DNA from: a virus
Lineage: Duplodnaviria > Caudoviricetes
Length of the DNA stretch: 64,000 nt
Reading direction: 5' to 3' (one strand)
IMG/VR virus record: IMGVR_UViG_3300046531_000318
Coordinates: 28,867-92,866 of that record
Shown here: one piece after another, positions 46,615 to 55,398 of the stretch
How positions within the stretch are numbered: position 1 is the stretch's first letter
How the letters are laid out: every line of letters starts with the position of its first letter
The notes under the pieces: generated by a model
The model's database searches: none
Told to the model about the DNA's origin: nothing
What the model saw: only the letters and a program-made list of their open reading frames with translations
Made by a program: the position numbers and the translations under genes

Positions 46615-46947
46615 TTACCCGAGGCCATATTGCTTCTTCAGCTTTGCGAGGCGCTCGCGCGTGCCCTCGATCATCACCTCGCTCATGGGGATGTCGGTGT
46701 CTTTCCAGAACTGGCGCAGTTCCTCGTGCAAGTCCACAGGGATGCGCACGTTCGCTGGCCGCGTGGGCGGAGCGCGGCGACTCGGGATTTGCGGGGCCAT
46801 ACGCGCCTCGGCCGGCTTCGCGGGTGCCTCGGTCGCGGGTAATGGCTCCGGAGCCGCGTGCGGGGCCGTTTGAGGGCTCGTAGGCTCGTTCGCGGCGTGC
46901 ACGAACTCCATCGGGTCGCGGAATCCGCGCTTTGCGGTTGCGTTCAT
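46615..46947 (-). CDS. Small partition adaptor (ParG-like ribbon-helix-helix)
   Basis: Coupled downstream of parA; flexible N-terminus; NVRIPVDLHEEL RHH C-terminus. Confidence 0.72.
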   Translation of the reverse strand: MNATAKRGFRDPMEFVHAANEPTSPQTAPHAAPEPLPATEAPAKPAEARMAPQIPSRRAPPTRPANVRIPVDLHEELRQFWKDTDIPMSEVMIEGTRERLAKLKKQYGLG

Positions 46948-47588
46948 TGCGTGATCTCCAGTGCGAGGGCGCGCATTTCGGCTACGGCCTTATGGTCGGG
47001 CTGGGCGTACTCCGTGACGGCACGGCCATCGCGCGCTGTGGATCGGAATGCCTTACGGTCGCAGATGTGCCCAGGCAGCAGCGTGTAATGCTGCAACGTC
47101 GCGAGCGCCTCGCGCATTTCATCGACTTCCGTCGACCGGGCGTTTGTCGGCGCACGGTTGATCAGGGCCAGCGCGCGCAGTTCCGGATTAAAGCCCCTCG
47201 CCTGCTCCACGATCCGATCCATCGTCGCGAACGTGAAAATGTCGAACTGGCTGGTCTGCGCCGGCGTGACGATCGTGTTGGCGACGAGCATCGCGGCGCG
47301 AAGCTCGGGTGCGTCGGAGCCTCGCGTGTCGATCACGATGTCGTCGTATTTTGGGATCAAAGCGCGGATCTGGCTGGCGAGGCTGTCGCCATAGATGGCC
47401 ACGCAGGTGATTTGCGGCACGATTTGCTCCGCGTCGCGGATGCCGTTCCACTTCGCGGCGGATGCCTGCATGTCGGCGTCGACCAGCAGCACGTCGCGCC
47501 CTTCCCCCGCAAGCATCGCGGCGTACGACACCGCTAGGGTGCTTTTCCCCGAGCCGCCCTTCTCCCCGCCAAACAGCGTAACTGCCAT
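46944..47588 (-). CDS. parA: ParA partition ATPase (short, type Ib)
   Basis: KGGSGKST, VLLVDAD.Q.S, D..VIDT.G, P..S..D; GGAGG RBS. Confidence 0.93.
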   Translation of the reverse strand: MAVTLFGGEKGGSGKSTLAVSYAAMLAGEGRDVLLVDADMQASAAKWNGIRDAEQIVPQITCVAIYGDSLASQIRALIPKYDDIVIDTRGSDAPELRAAMLVANTIVTPAQTSQFDIFTFATMDRIVEQARGFNPELRALALINRAPTNARSTEVDEMREALATLQHYTLLPGHICDRKAFRSTARDGRAVTEYAQPDHKAVAEMRALALEITQ

Positions 47589-47711
47589 GATTGGTACCTC
47601 CGTCGGTTGGTATCCGCGGAGGTTAGTGGGAATCTGCGTTGCGCGCAATGTCCGCAGCTTGGGGCATGTGCGCAAACACACGCAGCGAGCCGCGCACGCG
47701 GCGGTGTGGCT

Positions 47712-47755
47712 GTAAAGCCGTAAAGCGGTAAAGCTGTAAAGCGGACGAGCTTTAC
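47712..47755. repeat. Putative parS centromere / par operator
   Basis: Four tandem GTAAAGCN octamers plus one inverted copy upstream of parA. Confidence 0.7.
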
Positions 47756-48294
47756 AGCTGGGTGGGCATAGCGCCGGGTGCAGAGGCAGTTAGCAGGCCT
47801 TTCGCCTGTAAAGCGGCGCGGCTTTCGGTCATTGCGACCGTGAAGCGATCTTCAACGAATTCCAGCGTCATGCCGGGAGGGCGAGGGTGCTGGCGGTCAT
47901 AGACGCAATGGCACCAGTAACAGGCGTAGGCGCCGTATTCATCGTCTGCCTTCAGGCCACCGCCTTTGCCGTGCTCGCCGCGGTTGCTGTGCGCCCACAC
48001 GACGTTGCCGGGCTCGGTCTTGCATACGCCAGGGAGGCGCAGCCGGCAGTACTCGTCGCGAGCCGACTGGCGGATCTTCGACGTAGGTGGTCGGCGCGAC
48101 GTGAGTGTGCTGCGCGGTTTCGGCGCGGCCGGAACTTTCGATTTTTCGAAATTTCGCAATTTCGATGGTTTGGGATCGGCTTTCGGCTTCGCGCTGATTC
48201 CGTTCGAGCGGTGTAGGGGTTTGGCGTCGGCCTTCGGCTTAAACGCTGATCGCGTGAGCCCCTTGCCGGGATTCTTGAACGTGCTGTTGTACAT
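47752..48294 (-). CDS. DUF1364/YbcO-like nuclease
   Basis: R.SAR...C..R.PGVC.....V.AH, G.G.K..D..A.AC..CH...D. Confidence 0.8.
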   Translation of the reverse strand: MYNSTFKNPGKGLTRSAFKPKADAKPLHRSNGISAKPKADPKPSKLRNFEKSKVPAAPKPRSTLTSRRPPTSKIRQSARDEYCRLRLPGVCKTEPGNVVWAHSNRGEHGKGGGLKADDEYGAYACYWCHCVYDRQHPRPPGMTLEFVEDRFTVAMTESRAALQAKGLLTASAPGAMPTQL

Positions 48295-48518
48295 CAGCGC
48301 GCGGCCTTCGCTGCTCGCCAGTTGGCCACGCGTCTGATGCAGTACGACCGGACCAGTGAAATGCACGTATAGGCGATGCCGAGCCTGATGTTCTGGCTTG
48401 CAGTGATATGCCAGCCGAATAGCGGGAACAGCAGGGCGTTGGCCGTGGCATTGATACCAAATCCAACGCAGACATTCGTCACCGCCTCGAGGGCGGATCC
48501 TTTCCGGGTTTGGCTCAT
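48294..48518 (-). CDS. Small two-TM phage membrane protein
   Basis: MSQTR..S.LEA..N..VG, FP.FG, S..RSY..RR. Confidence 0.7.
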   Translation of the reverse strand: MSQTRKGSALEAVTNVCVGFGINATANALLFPLFGWHITASQNIRLGIAYTCISLVRSYCIRRVANWRAAKAAR

Positions 48519-49198
48519 TGCGCGAGCCCCAACGCACGCGCCTCGTCGCGCACCTGGATCTCGAGCATCTCGGCGCTGAACTGGTTGGGCGTGATCAGCA
48601 GCGTCTGCCGCTTCATCCATTCGACGGTCGCTCGAGCGCGGTCGACGTCCTCTTGAAATATCGGCATGGAAAGCTCGAGCCGCTTCGCAAACTTGCGCAT
48701 GCCGTCCGTCTCGTCGGCCCAGCCGTGCGCCGCGGCGAGCTTGGTGTACGTGTCGCACATGCTGACTAGCGCGGGGACGATCGGGTACCAGATGCCTTCG
48801 TTCTGGCTGAAAAGCAGCGGCATGCCTTGGGCGTCGGAGTCGATATAACCATTCGTCTCGAGTTCGCTCAGAACGCGCTCCACCGGGCCGAACACCATAG
48901 CGATACGCGGGAAGTTCACCGGGTCCGAGAACAGCAGGCAATTCGCCAACTGCTGCGCCTCGTAGGCTAGTTGAGCCTCGCAGCGCACGCGTTCAGCTTC
49001 GCGCACTGCCTGCGCGCGAAGGTTGCGCAGCTTTGTCAGCTCGGCGTCGCTCAGTGACGCCGGGTCGATGCCTTTTTGCGGTAGCTCGAAATAATCCGCC
49101 AGCGCCTGCCGCTCCAGCAGGCTGAACTTCGATTTCGCTGCGTTGCGCTCTGCGCGCCGGCGCTCGGCGCGACTCGTCTGGATTGCCTGGGCTTGCAT
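48515..49198 (-). CDS. Hypothetical protein
   Basis: Operon-coupled ORF; N-terminal RAERRR. Confidence 0.65.
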   Translation of the reverse strand: MQAQAIQTSRAERRRAERNAAKSKFSLLERQALADYFELPQKGIDPASLSDAELTKLRNLRAQAVREAERVRCEAQLAYEAQQLANCLLFSDPVNFPRIAMVFGPVERVLSELETNGYIDSDAQGMPLLFSQNEGIWYPIVPALVSMCDTYTKLAAAHGWADETDGMRKFAKRLELSMPIFQEDVDRARATVEWMKRQTLLITPNQFSAEMLEIQVRDEARALGLAQ

Positions 49199-49205
49199 GC
49201 TAGTC

Positions 49206-49682
49206 TCAGAAGGGGATGTCGTCATCGAGCGGCGCGTCGTCCATGCCTGCGGGCTTTCGGCCGGCTGCGGCACGGTTGTTGGTCTGCTGGCGCGCTGGGC
49301 GCTCGTCGCCATAACCGCCTGATCCGCTTGAGTCGCCGTTGCTGCCGCCGTTTCGACCGCCGAGCATCTGGAAGGTATCGATGCGGATTTCAGTGACGTA
49401 CTTCGTCACGCCATCTTTCTCGTACGATCGTGTTCGCAGCTTGCCTTCGAGGTAGATGCTCGAGCCCTTCTTGAGGTATTCACCGACGATCTCTGCCTGG
49501 CGACCAAATGCGGAGCAGGTGTGCCATTCGGTGGCCTCCTTCATTTCGCCGGACGCCTTGTCCTTGTAGCGGTCAGTCGTCGCGAGTCGAAGGTTAGCGA
49601 TCGCGTCGCCGCTCGGCGCATATCGAACAGTCGGATCGGCGCCGAGGTTGCCGACGAGAATTACCTTGTTCACAGATGCCAC
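49206..49682 (-). CDS. ssb: Single-stranded DNA-binding protein
   Basis: [22 protein letters not shown]...EG.L.TR, acidic tail DDDIPF. Confidence 0.96.
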   Translation of the reverse strand: MASVNKVILVGNLGADPTVRYAPSGDAIANLRLATTDRYKDKASGEMKEATEWHTCSAFGRQAEIVGEYLKKGSSIYLEGKLRTRSYEKDGVTKYVTEIRIDTFQMLGGRNGGSNGDSSGSGGYGDERPARQQTNNRAAAGRKPAGMDDAPLDDDIPF

Positions 49683-49733
49683 GTTGAATCCTTATATGTT
49701 GATGTGGCGGGCGCGTGGCCCGCCGGGTGTTGC

Positions 49734-51554
49734 TTAAGCTGCCTGCGCCTCGTTGATCTCTGCACCGTACGAACCGGCTTCGATCGTTCCGTCCGCCAGC
49801 CACACCGCGTTGATGCATTCCGGCAGGCCGCTCGGTTGCTGCTTGAGCGTCGCGAACAGCAGGGCGGTGTTGATCTCGCCCTGGTCGGCGCGGCCGGCGA
49901 GCCACGTCAGCAGTTCGACGCGGCCCTGCACATCGAGCACGTCGACGCGGTCAAGCATCAGGATTTTGATTCCCGAAATCTCCGAGATCGCCTGTGCGAT
50001 CAGCGCATCGACGCGCCACTGTTCGGACTCGCAAAGCAGGTTATAAGCACGACCGTCGGCGGTGATGCTCATGTCCGCGTTGATCGTCGGCTGCTTCCAG
50101 TTCGTAGTAACAGCGAACTTGCGCAGGGCCGTGTTGATGGGGCGCAGCGCCTGCGCGAGCAGCTGCGCGGGGATGCCATCGGCACCGAGTTGCTCGGCGA
50201 GCTTCGCCCACTCCGTCGCGTCGTCGTAGTGCTTCTTTGCCTTCGCCGTGTTCGTGTCGGCTTCGTCTGCCTTGCGCTTGACCATCTGCAGCGCGACCAG
50301 CTTTTCATCGCTTGCGCGGTACGCGGTCTGGATCTCCTGAACCAGCAGGCCGGCCGCGTCGATGGCGCCTTGCGCAACGGCGGGGCTCAGTGTGGTACGT
50401 ACGCGTTCCTCGGCAGCCAGCGCGCGCGTGATGGCGGCTTCGGTGTTGCGCATGGCGCTCTGCGCGGTTGGCAGTGAACCTTCGTACTTGCGCAGGCTGT
50501 CGCGTGCATCCGGGTCGCCGGCGGTGTTGCTGGGCAGGCCGTACTTGCCGACGTACACGTCGAATGGCGCACGTAGTTCGGTGATGGTCGCGACGACGCT
50601 TGGGCGCTGATCGTCGCCGAGTGCGTCCAGTGCGAACTCGACGGCGCGCGCAAAGTCATGCTCTGGCCCGACGCGCGGCGTCTCGCCGGCTTGCGCCTTC
50701 AGTTCAGCGATGCGCCGCTCCACCTCGGCGAGGTTGGCCTTGTCCGTATCCAGTTTCGCGCGCAGCCGTGGCAGGCCTTCGACCAGTTGCTGGGCGGTCG
50801 CCAGCGCGCTAACTTCCTGGTCGTGCGCGTTGGCCTTTGCCTTGATGTCGGCGTATTTCTGCTGTGCTTCGCGCATGTCGCGTTCGAGCTCGTCGCGGGC
50901 CTTGAGCGCTGCGTCGATAGCATCGAGGTCAACCTCTGGCTTCTCGGCTGTCCAGTCGGCGGCTTTCTTCGAGCCCCACGTTTCGCCTGTCACGCCGCGC
51001 CATGCACCTTTCGCTTCAGTGGCCTTTTCGGCGGCAAACTTCGCGGCTGCGGGAAAGCCTGTGATCGACTTGAGCAGCGGCAGGGTCTGCTCGATGCGCT
51101 TCGCGTCGCAGCCGGCTTCCAGCAGCATCTTGCGCAGCCGTTCTTCGGTGACCGTGCAGTTGGTGAGGGAAAATAGGAAGGTTCGGCGATCGTCCTCCTT
51201 CAGCTTTGCGAACCCTTGCGCATTGAGGACGAAGGGCAGGGCTTCGGGCACGCCGAGGCTCAGATCGCCGTCGAGGGAGTGCGCGCCGGATGGCAGCGTG
51301 AAACTCGCCGCACCGATGTCGGTGGTAACCGTGATGCTGCCGGTCTTGGCGCCGTCCGAGACCATCTGGCCATAGTCTTTTTTCAGGTTGACGCGCGTCG
51401 TGCGGCCAGCAAATGCCATGCGCACGCCTTCCTGAATCGAGGACTTCCCGGCGCCATTGAAGCCTGCGATGAGTGTGATGGGTGCCGCGCTCGCGTTGAT
51501 GTCGATATGGCGTGCGCCGATTGCGTTGCGGATCTGGATGCTTTCGATTCTCAT
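49734..51554 (-). CDS. SbcC/SMC-like coiled-coil ATPase
   Basis: Walker A G.NGAGKSS, long coiled coil, signature LCESEQ, Walker B LMLD..D.LD. Confidence 0.85.
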   Translation of the reverse strand: MRIESIQIRNAIGARHIDINASAAPITLIAGFNGAGKSSIQEGVRMAFAGRTTRVNLKKDYGQMVSDGAKTGSITVTTDIGAASFTLPSGAHSLDGDLSLGVPEALPFVLNAQGFAKLKEDDRRTFLFSLTNCTVTEERLRKMLLEAGCDAKRIEQTLPLLKSITGFPAAAKFAAEKATEAKGAWRGVTGETWGSKKAADWTAEKPEVDLDAIDAALKARDELERDMREAQQKYADIKAKANAHDQEVSALATAQQLVEGLPRLRAKLDTDKANLAEVERRIAELKAQAGETPRVGPEHDFARAVEFALDALGDDQRPSVVATITELRAPFDVYVGKYGLPSNTAGDPDARDSLRKYEGSLPTAQSAMRNTEAAITRALAAEERVRTTLSPAVAQGAIDAAGLLVQEIQTAYRASDEKLVALQMVKRKADEADTNTAKAKKHYDDATEWAKLAEQLGADGIPAQLLAQALRPINTALRKFAVTTNWKQPTINADMSITADGRAYNLLCESEQWRVDALIAQAISEISGIKILMLDRVDVLDVQGRVELLTWLAGRADQGEINTALLFATLKQQPSGLPECINAVWLADGTIEAGSYGAEINEAQAA

Positions 51555-51619
51555 GGGGTTCTCTCTATCTCTGTCTCGAAGCGGCTACTCGCGCACTGCG
51601 CTTTCGCCGGGTGCCGTGC

Positions 51620-52861
51620 TTACTCGATGCTCATTGCCATCTGGCGGCCGGTGCCGCGCGGCGCATCGCTGCTGGCGAGCGCACGCGTGCATTCGCGATA
51701 CACCTTGGTAACTTCGGCCTGATCGCCGGCTGGCAGGGAGCCGATCAGGTCTGCGTGAACGTCGAGCGTGTCCTGATCCTTCGCGGCGCGCATCGCGGTG
51801 ACGAGCTTGTCCTTTGCCGCGTCGACCGGATCGTCGTTGGGCGCTTGTGTGTGTTGCGCCGGCTGCTCATCGACCCCGCGCACGACGATAGTTTCGCGTT
51901 CGCGCTGCGCTGCCGATGGCATGTCGATGAAGTTGCCTTCCTGGTGCTCGAGCGCAGCGGGCGTGTCATCCGGCGGCACTTCGCCGTCCTGCATCACGGC
52001 GCGCAGTTTGTCGACGTCTGCTAGGTCGGCCATGTCGATGGTCCGCCCGTCGTCGCGCTCGGCGTCCAATGCCACGGCTGCTGTCATCGCGTCGCCCGGG
52101 TTAAGCGGCAGTTGCTTGGCGTGCTTCTTGATCGCGCTCTTGGCCGCCATGTCGTCCTCCCACAGCACCCACGGCGTGTCGGCGAGCTTCTCGGCGGCTT
52201 TTTTCTTTTCCCAATCCTGGCCGCCTTTGTCGACCCCGCGCAGCAGTGACTGGTACGTTTCGCTGCGATCGCGGATCTTGTGAATGTCGTCCAGCGTGAG
52301 CACGGTCGCCGCCTCGGCGTTATCGGCGAGTTTCGAAAATGCGAACGCGCCAATTAGTTCACCGCGTTCCTTCAGTGCCTTTTCGTATTCGAGGAAGCTC
52401 TTGCTTCCCTTCATGTGCTTGAAATGGTCGCCGGAGTGGATCGCTTCGGCCTCCAGCGTCAGGACGTGGGGCGAGCGGTGGGCGAGGGTGACGAAGCCGC
52501 GATAGCCGATCTGGAACTGGCACTCGTAGCCGATGGTGCCCCACTGACCGTTGTCGAGCTTGCCGCGCTTCGCGTATGGGATCAGGAACGCCTGCTGAAG
52601 GACCGTGTTCGGCTCGAGCCCGAGCGCGGCGCTGGCCATGAACGATCCGAGCACCGTCTGCGGGTCGCATTCGAGCAGGCGCGGTGTTTTCTTGACGGCG
52701 TTGATCGCGAGGCGCAGGAAGCGGTCGGGCGTCATGATCTTGCCGGCGACCGCGCCGATTGCGCCCTTGACCTTGTCATCCATCAGAAAGTCGAAGATGG
52801 TTTTCGGCTTCTTTGCGACGGCGTTGCCGTTGTTTTTCAGGTCTGCGAGTGAAGTGGACAT
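51620..52861 (-). CDS. recT: RecT-family recombinase
   Basis: RF.R.A......P.L..C, A.LGLEP, A.LIPY, QFQIGY.G...LA.RS, PW......MA.K..I. Confidence 0.9.
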   Translation of the reverse strand: MSTSLADLKNNGNAVAKKPKTIFDFLMDDKVKGAIGAVAGKIMTPDRFLRLAINAVKKTPRLLECDPQTVLGSFMASAALGLEPNTVLQQAFLIPYAKRGKLDNGQWGTIGYECQFQIGYRGFVTLAHRSPHVLTLEAEAIHSGDHFKHMKGSKSFLEYEKALKERGELIGAFAFSKLADNAEAATVLTLDDIHKIRDRSETYQSLLRGVDKGGQDWEKKKAAEKLADTPWVLWEDDMAAKSAIKKHAKQLPLNPGDAMTAAVALDAERDDGRTIDMADLADVDKLRAVMQDGEVPPDDTPAALEHQEGNFIDMPSAAQRERETIVVRGVDEQPAQHTQAPNDDPVDAAKDKLVTAMRAAKDQDTLDVHADLIGSLPAGDQAEVTKVYRECTRALASSDAPRGTGRQMAMSIE

Positions 52862-52930
52862 GTCGCTCTCCGTAGCGGTGGTGGTCAGTCGGTGATTTGC
52901 TTGGTACAAAACTGGCTCTAGTAGGGATGC

Positions 52931-53764
52931 TCACGCGTCCCTGTAGATGCAGGAATTCCAGCGAGCACAAAATTTCTCGCTGCACAGCGAACTCTGCGGG
53001 TTTGGCTGAAAGTGCCCGGTCTTGAAGATTGTTCCGGCGAAATCGATCAGGCCCGGCTCGTACTTGGTGCCGAGCATCACGCGCCTTGCGTCGAAAATTC
53101 GGCTTACGCCGGCCTGCGCGGCGGCGGTGGTCTGGAGTGCGATGATCTGCGCACCTTCCGTCACCTCCTGCGTGTTGCTCTCGTACATCAGCTGGTACGC
53201 GCCGAGTTGCGCGCTGCGGCCTTTGAGCACGACCTCGTTGTCGGCAAACAGGCGCGCGCCGGTCTTGATGTCGGGGATGATTGCACCGGCTCCGCCCTTG
53301 GCTACGCGGGCGCGGTCCATCGTGCCTTTGAGGCGGATGATCATGTTGTCGCCCACGTTCAGATCAAGCGGGTCCATCTTCATTTCAACCGCTTTGAACT
53401 CGTAGCGCGGGCTGATCTCGGCGCAGTACTTCGCATGCAGGGTCAAGCCGATCTGCTCGGCCTCGCGCATGGTGATGCTGCGGTCCTGCTTGTAATCGAC
53501 GTCGTCGGTGGGGTTGTGCAGCGTCTGGATGAAAACGTCGGCCGCGTCGCTGATGCTGATGGGTCGTCCGTCGATGCGTGCCTGATCGAAGGCAGCGGTG
53601 CTGGCGTGGATTGCGGTACCGAGGGAAGCGCGCAGGCCGGAAGGGCGGCGCAGGCCGAGAAGGTGTTCACCTTCCCATGCGTAGGAGCAGTCGAATAACC
53701 GCCCCCAGGATGACGCTCGCACCTCTACGATGCGTTTGAATGGTACTTCTCGCTGTGTGTCCAT
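52931..53764 (-). CDS. PD-(D/E)XK (RecB/Cas4-like) exonuclease
   Basis: RASS, GTA.H, VE, L.GT.D, DIKTG, QL..Y, C...FC..W..C; paired with RecT. Confidence 0.85.
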   Translation of the reverse strand: MDTQREVPFKRIVEVRASSWGRLFDCSYAWEGEHLLGLRRPSGLRASLGTAIHASTAAFDQARIDGRPISISDAADVFIQTLHNPTDDVDYKQDRSITMREAEQIGLTLHAKYCAEISPRYEFKAVEMKMDPLDLNVGDNMIIRLKGTMDRARVAKGGAGAIIPDIKTGARLFADNEVVLKGRSAQLGAYQLMYESNTQEVTEGAQIIALQTTAAAQAGVSRIFDARRVMLGTKYEPGLIDFAGTIFKTGHFQPNPQSSLCSEKFCARWNSCIYRDA

Positions 53765-53819
53765 CTTTGCACTGGTCCTTGTCCGTCCGGCCGTAAGCCG
53801 GTACGAAACTGTAGTGCAA

Positions 53820-53840
53820 AATCTGCTTCTAAAGCAACTT
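53820..53840. promoter_or_regulatory. Putative operator at the recombination operon promoter
   Basis: AATCTGC-N7-GCAACTT. Confidence 0.5.
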
Positions 53841-53869
53841 CTTTATGTGTGGCGCGCAGAACGACGGCC

Positions 53870-53897
53870 GAAAAAAAACCCGCTTGTGGCGGGTTCT
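53870..53897 (-). terminator. Terminator after cI
   Basis: AACCCGC-CACAA-GCGGGTT hairpin followed by T8 on the minus strand. Confidence 0.7.
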
Positions 53898-53916
53898 TTG
53901 CGGGCGGCTCGGAGGA

Positions 53917-54642
53917 TTAGAAGCCGCTGTTTCCCTGGAGGTGCTTCACGCGGCCAGCGATGGCGACGACGGCTGCCTGCTGCGCGTTCAGCGTGATCTC
54001 CGGCTCGCCTTTCTCCGCGTCGCAGATAATGCGCAAGCCGCCTTTCATGAATGGGAAGAGCCGACGGATCTGGACCGTTTCGCCATCCATAACAATCCCG
54101 AACACACCGCCTTCTGGCGGGACAGTCGTGTCGCCGAGGTCGAGCACGACGACGTCTCCGGCGAGAATGCGCGGAGCCATCAGATTGTTCGGAACCGGGT
54201 AGTGCGCGAGATTAACTGGCGCACTGCCGAGGCTGGCTATAGAGCCACCGTGAAACAGGTGTGCTCTGCGGTCATCAACATCGAACGCAACACCGCCGTG
54301 AGCGAGGTCAGGCCGTACTTCAATGATTCCGATTGCCACGTTTTCGTCCTGCGAAATTTGGGAGAGACTGTCGAATTCCCTGACGAAGCGGTAAGGATTT
54401 CCTGCGTCAGATGCAGAATTATTATCCAACGTGGCAGTTTGTGCACGTACTTCTGCAAACAAGGGTAAGTCAAGAGCGCGTGACAAGGCCGTCATTGTCT
54501 TGTTTGTAAGTGACTGTTCGCCCCTTTCGATCTTCGAAAGGTTGCCATTGTTGATGCCGGTCAATCGCTGCAACTCTTGCAGCGTAAGGCCGAGAGCCTT
54601 GCGCCGGGCGCGAATAAGGGCACCCATTTCCGCGTTATCCAA
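53917..54642 (-). CDS. cI: CI-like repressor (XRE HTH + degenerate S24 domain)
   Basis: IRARRKALGLTL.EL....GI....LSKIERG; C-terminal S24-like V....M.P.I..GD.V..D; divergent from cro. Confidence 0.88.
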   Translation of the reverse strand: MDNAEMGALIRARRKALGLTLQELQRLTGINNGNLSKIERGEQSLTNKTMTALSRALDLPLFAEVRAQTATLDNNSASDAGNPYRFVREFDSLSQISQDENVAIGIIEVRPDLAHGGVAFDVDDRRAHLFHGGSIASLGSAPVNLAHYPVPNNLMAPRILAGDVVVLDLGDTTVPPEGGVFGIVMDGETVQIRRLFPFMKGGLRIICDAEKGEPEITLNAQQAAVVAIAGRVKHLQGNSGF

Positions 54643-54741
54643 GTCGCACCCCTGAAAACATTTGATACAAATGTAAGGAATTTGTTGTCGCGTAGCCGCG
54701 ACACCCGTCTGTCAGTGTCAGCATAAAAAACGATTGATCAA

Positions 54742-54791
54742 ATTCTGCCTCGCGCGCACAATTCTGCTCGTTCTCGTTGAAAAAGCAGAAA
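54742..54791. promoter_or_regulatory. Operators in cI/cro intergenic switch
   Basis: ATTCTGC-N7-GCACAAT (54742-54762) plus further TTCTGC/GCAGAA half-sites. Confidence 0.6.
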
Positions 54792-54795
54792 CTCC

Positions 54796-55053
54796 ATGTC
54801 TCTGAAACACCCCACGCCGCTGCTTAAGGCCCGTAACGCTCGCGGTCTTAGCCAGGAAGAGCTCGCTCATGAGGTCGGCACTGACTCCGGGAACATCTCG
54901 CGAATCGAGCGCGGGAACCAGATTCCCCTGCATGAACTTGCCATCAAACTGACCGAGTTCTTTCGGGAGGACGGTCTGGACGATGAGCGGATGATCTTCT
55001 ATCCGCATCGCTATCCGGATTGGTCGCCGAAAACCGCCGTGCTCGGCGATTAG
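54796..55053 (+). CDS. cro: Cro-like HTH regulator
   Basis: L.KAR..RGLSQEELA..VG.....ISRIERG...P. Confidence 0.85.
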   Translation: MSLKHPTPLLKARNARGLSQEELAHEVGTDSGNISRIERGNQIPLHELAIKLTEFFREDGLDDERMIFYPHRYPDWSPKTAVLGD

Positions 55054-55398
55054 CACACTTTCTGCGTTTAGCGCTGCGTCGGTTTGCACGATACGCATTT
55101 TTCCGTTTGTTTGCAAAGGAATCTGTGTGCTGCCTAGCATAAAAGCGCCGCTTGTTTCATATCTGCGTCAAATTATTCTGCGGATGCAGAATAGCCTTCA
55201 CCGGGATTACATCATTTTGCCTTTTCTCGCATCTTTTTCCCGCCGTATTCTCAACGGTTTACGACGCAGTTCGGTAATCGTGAAGGCGACGCGCGTGATT
55301 TATTCGAATCGTGCGAAAGATGTAGGCGGAATGCAGATTTACTGCTGCTCGCGCAACTTCGCCGGTGCCCGTTTGCTGAACCTTCGAGGCACTCGCTG

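Noticed and set aside
47710-47757. LexA box in the CTGT..ACAG sequences upstream of parA
   Set aside because: Spacing is not CTGT-N8-ACAG; better explained as par octamer repeats.
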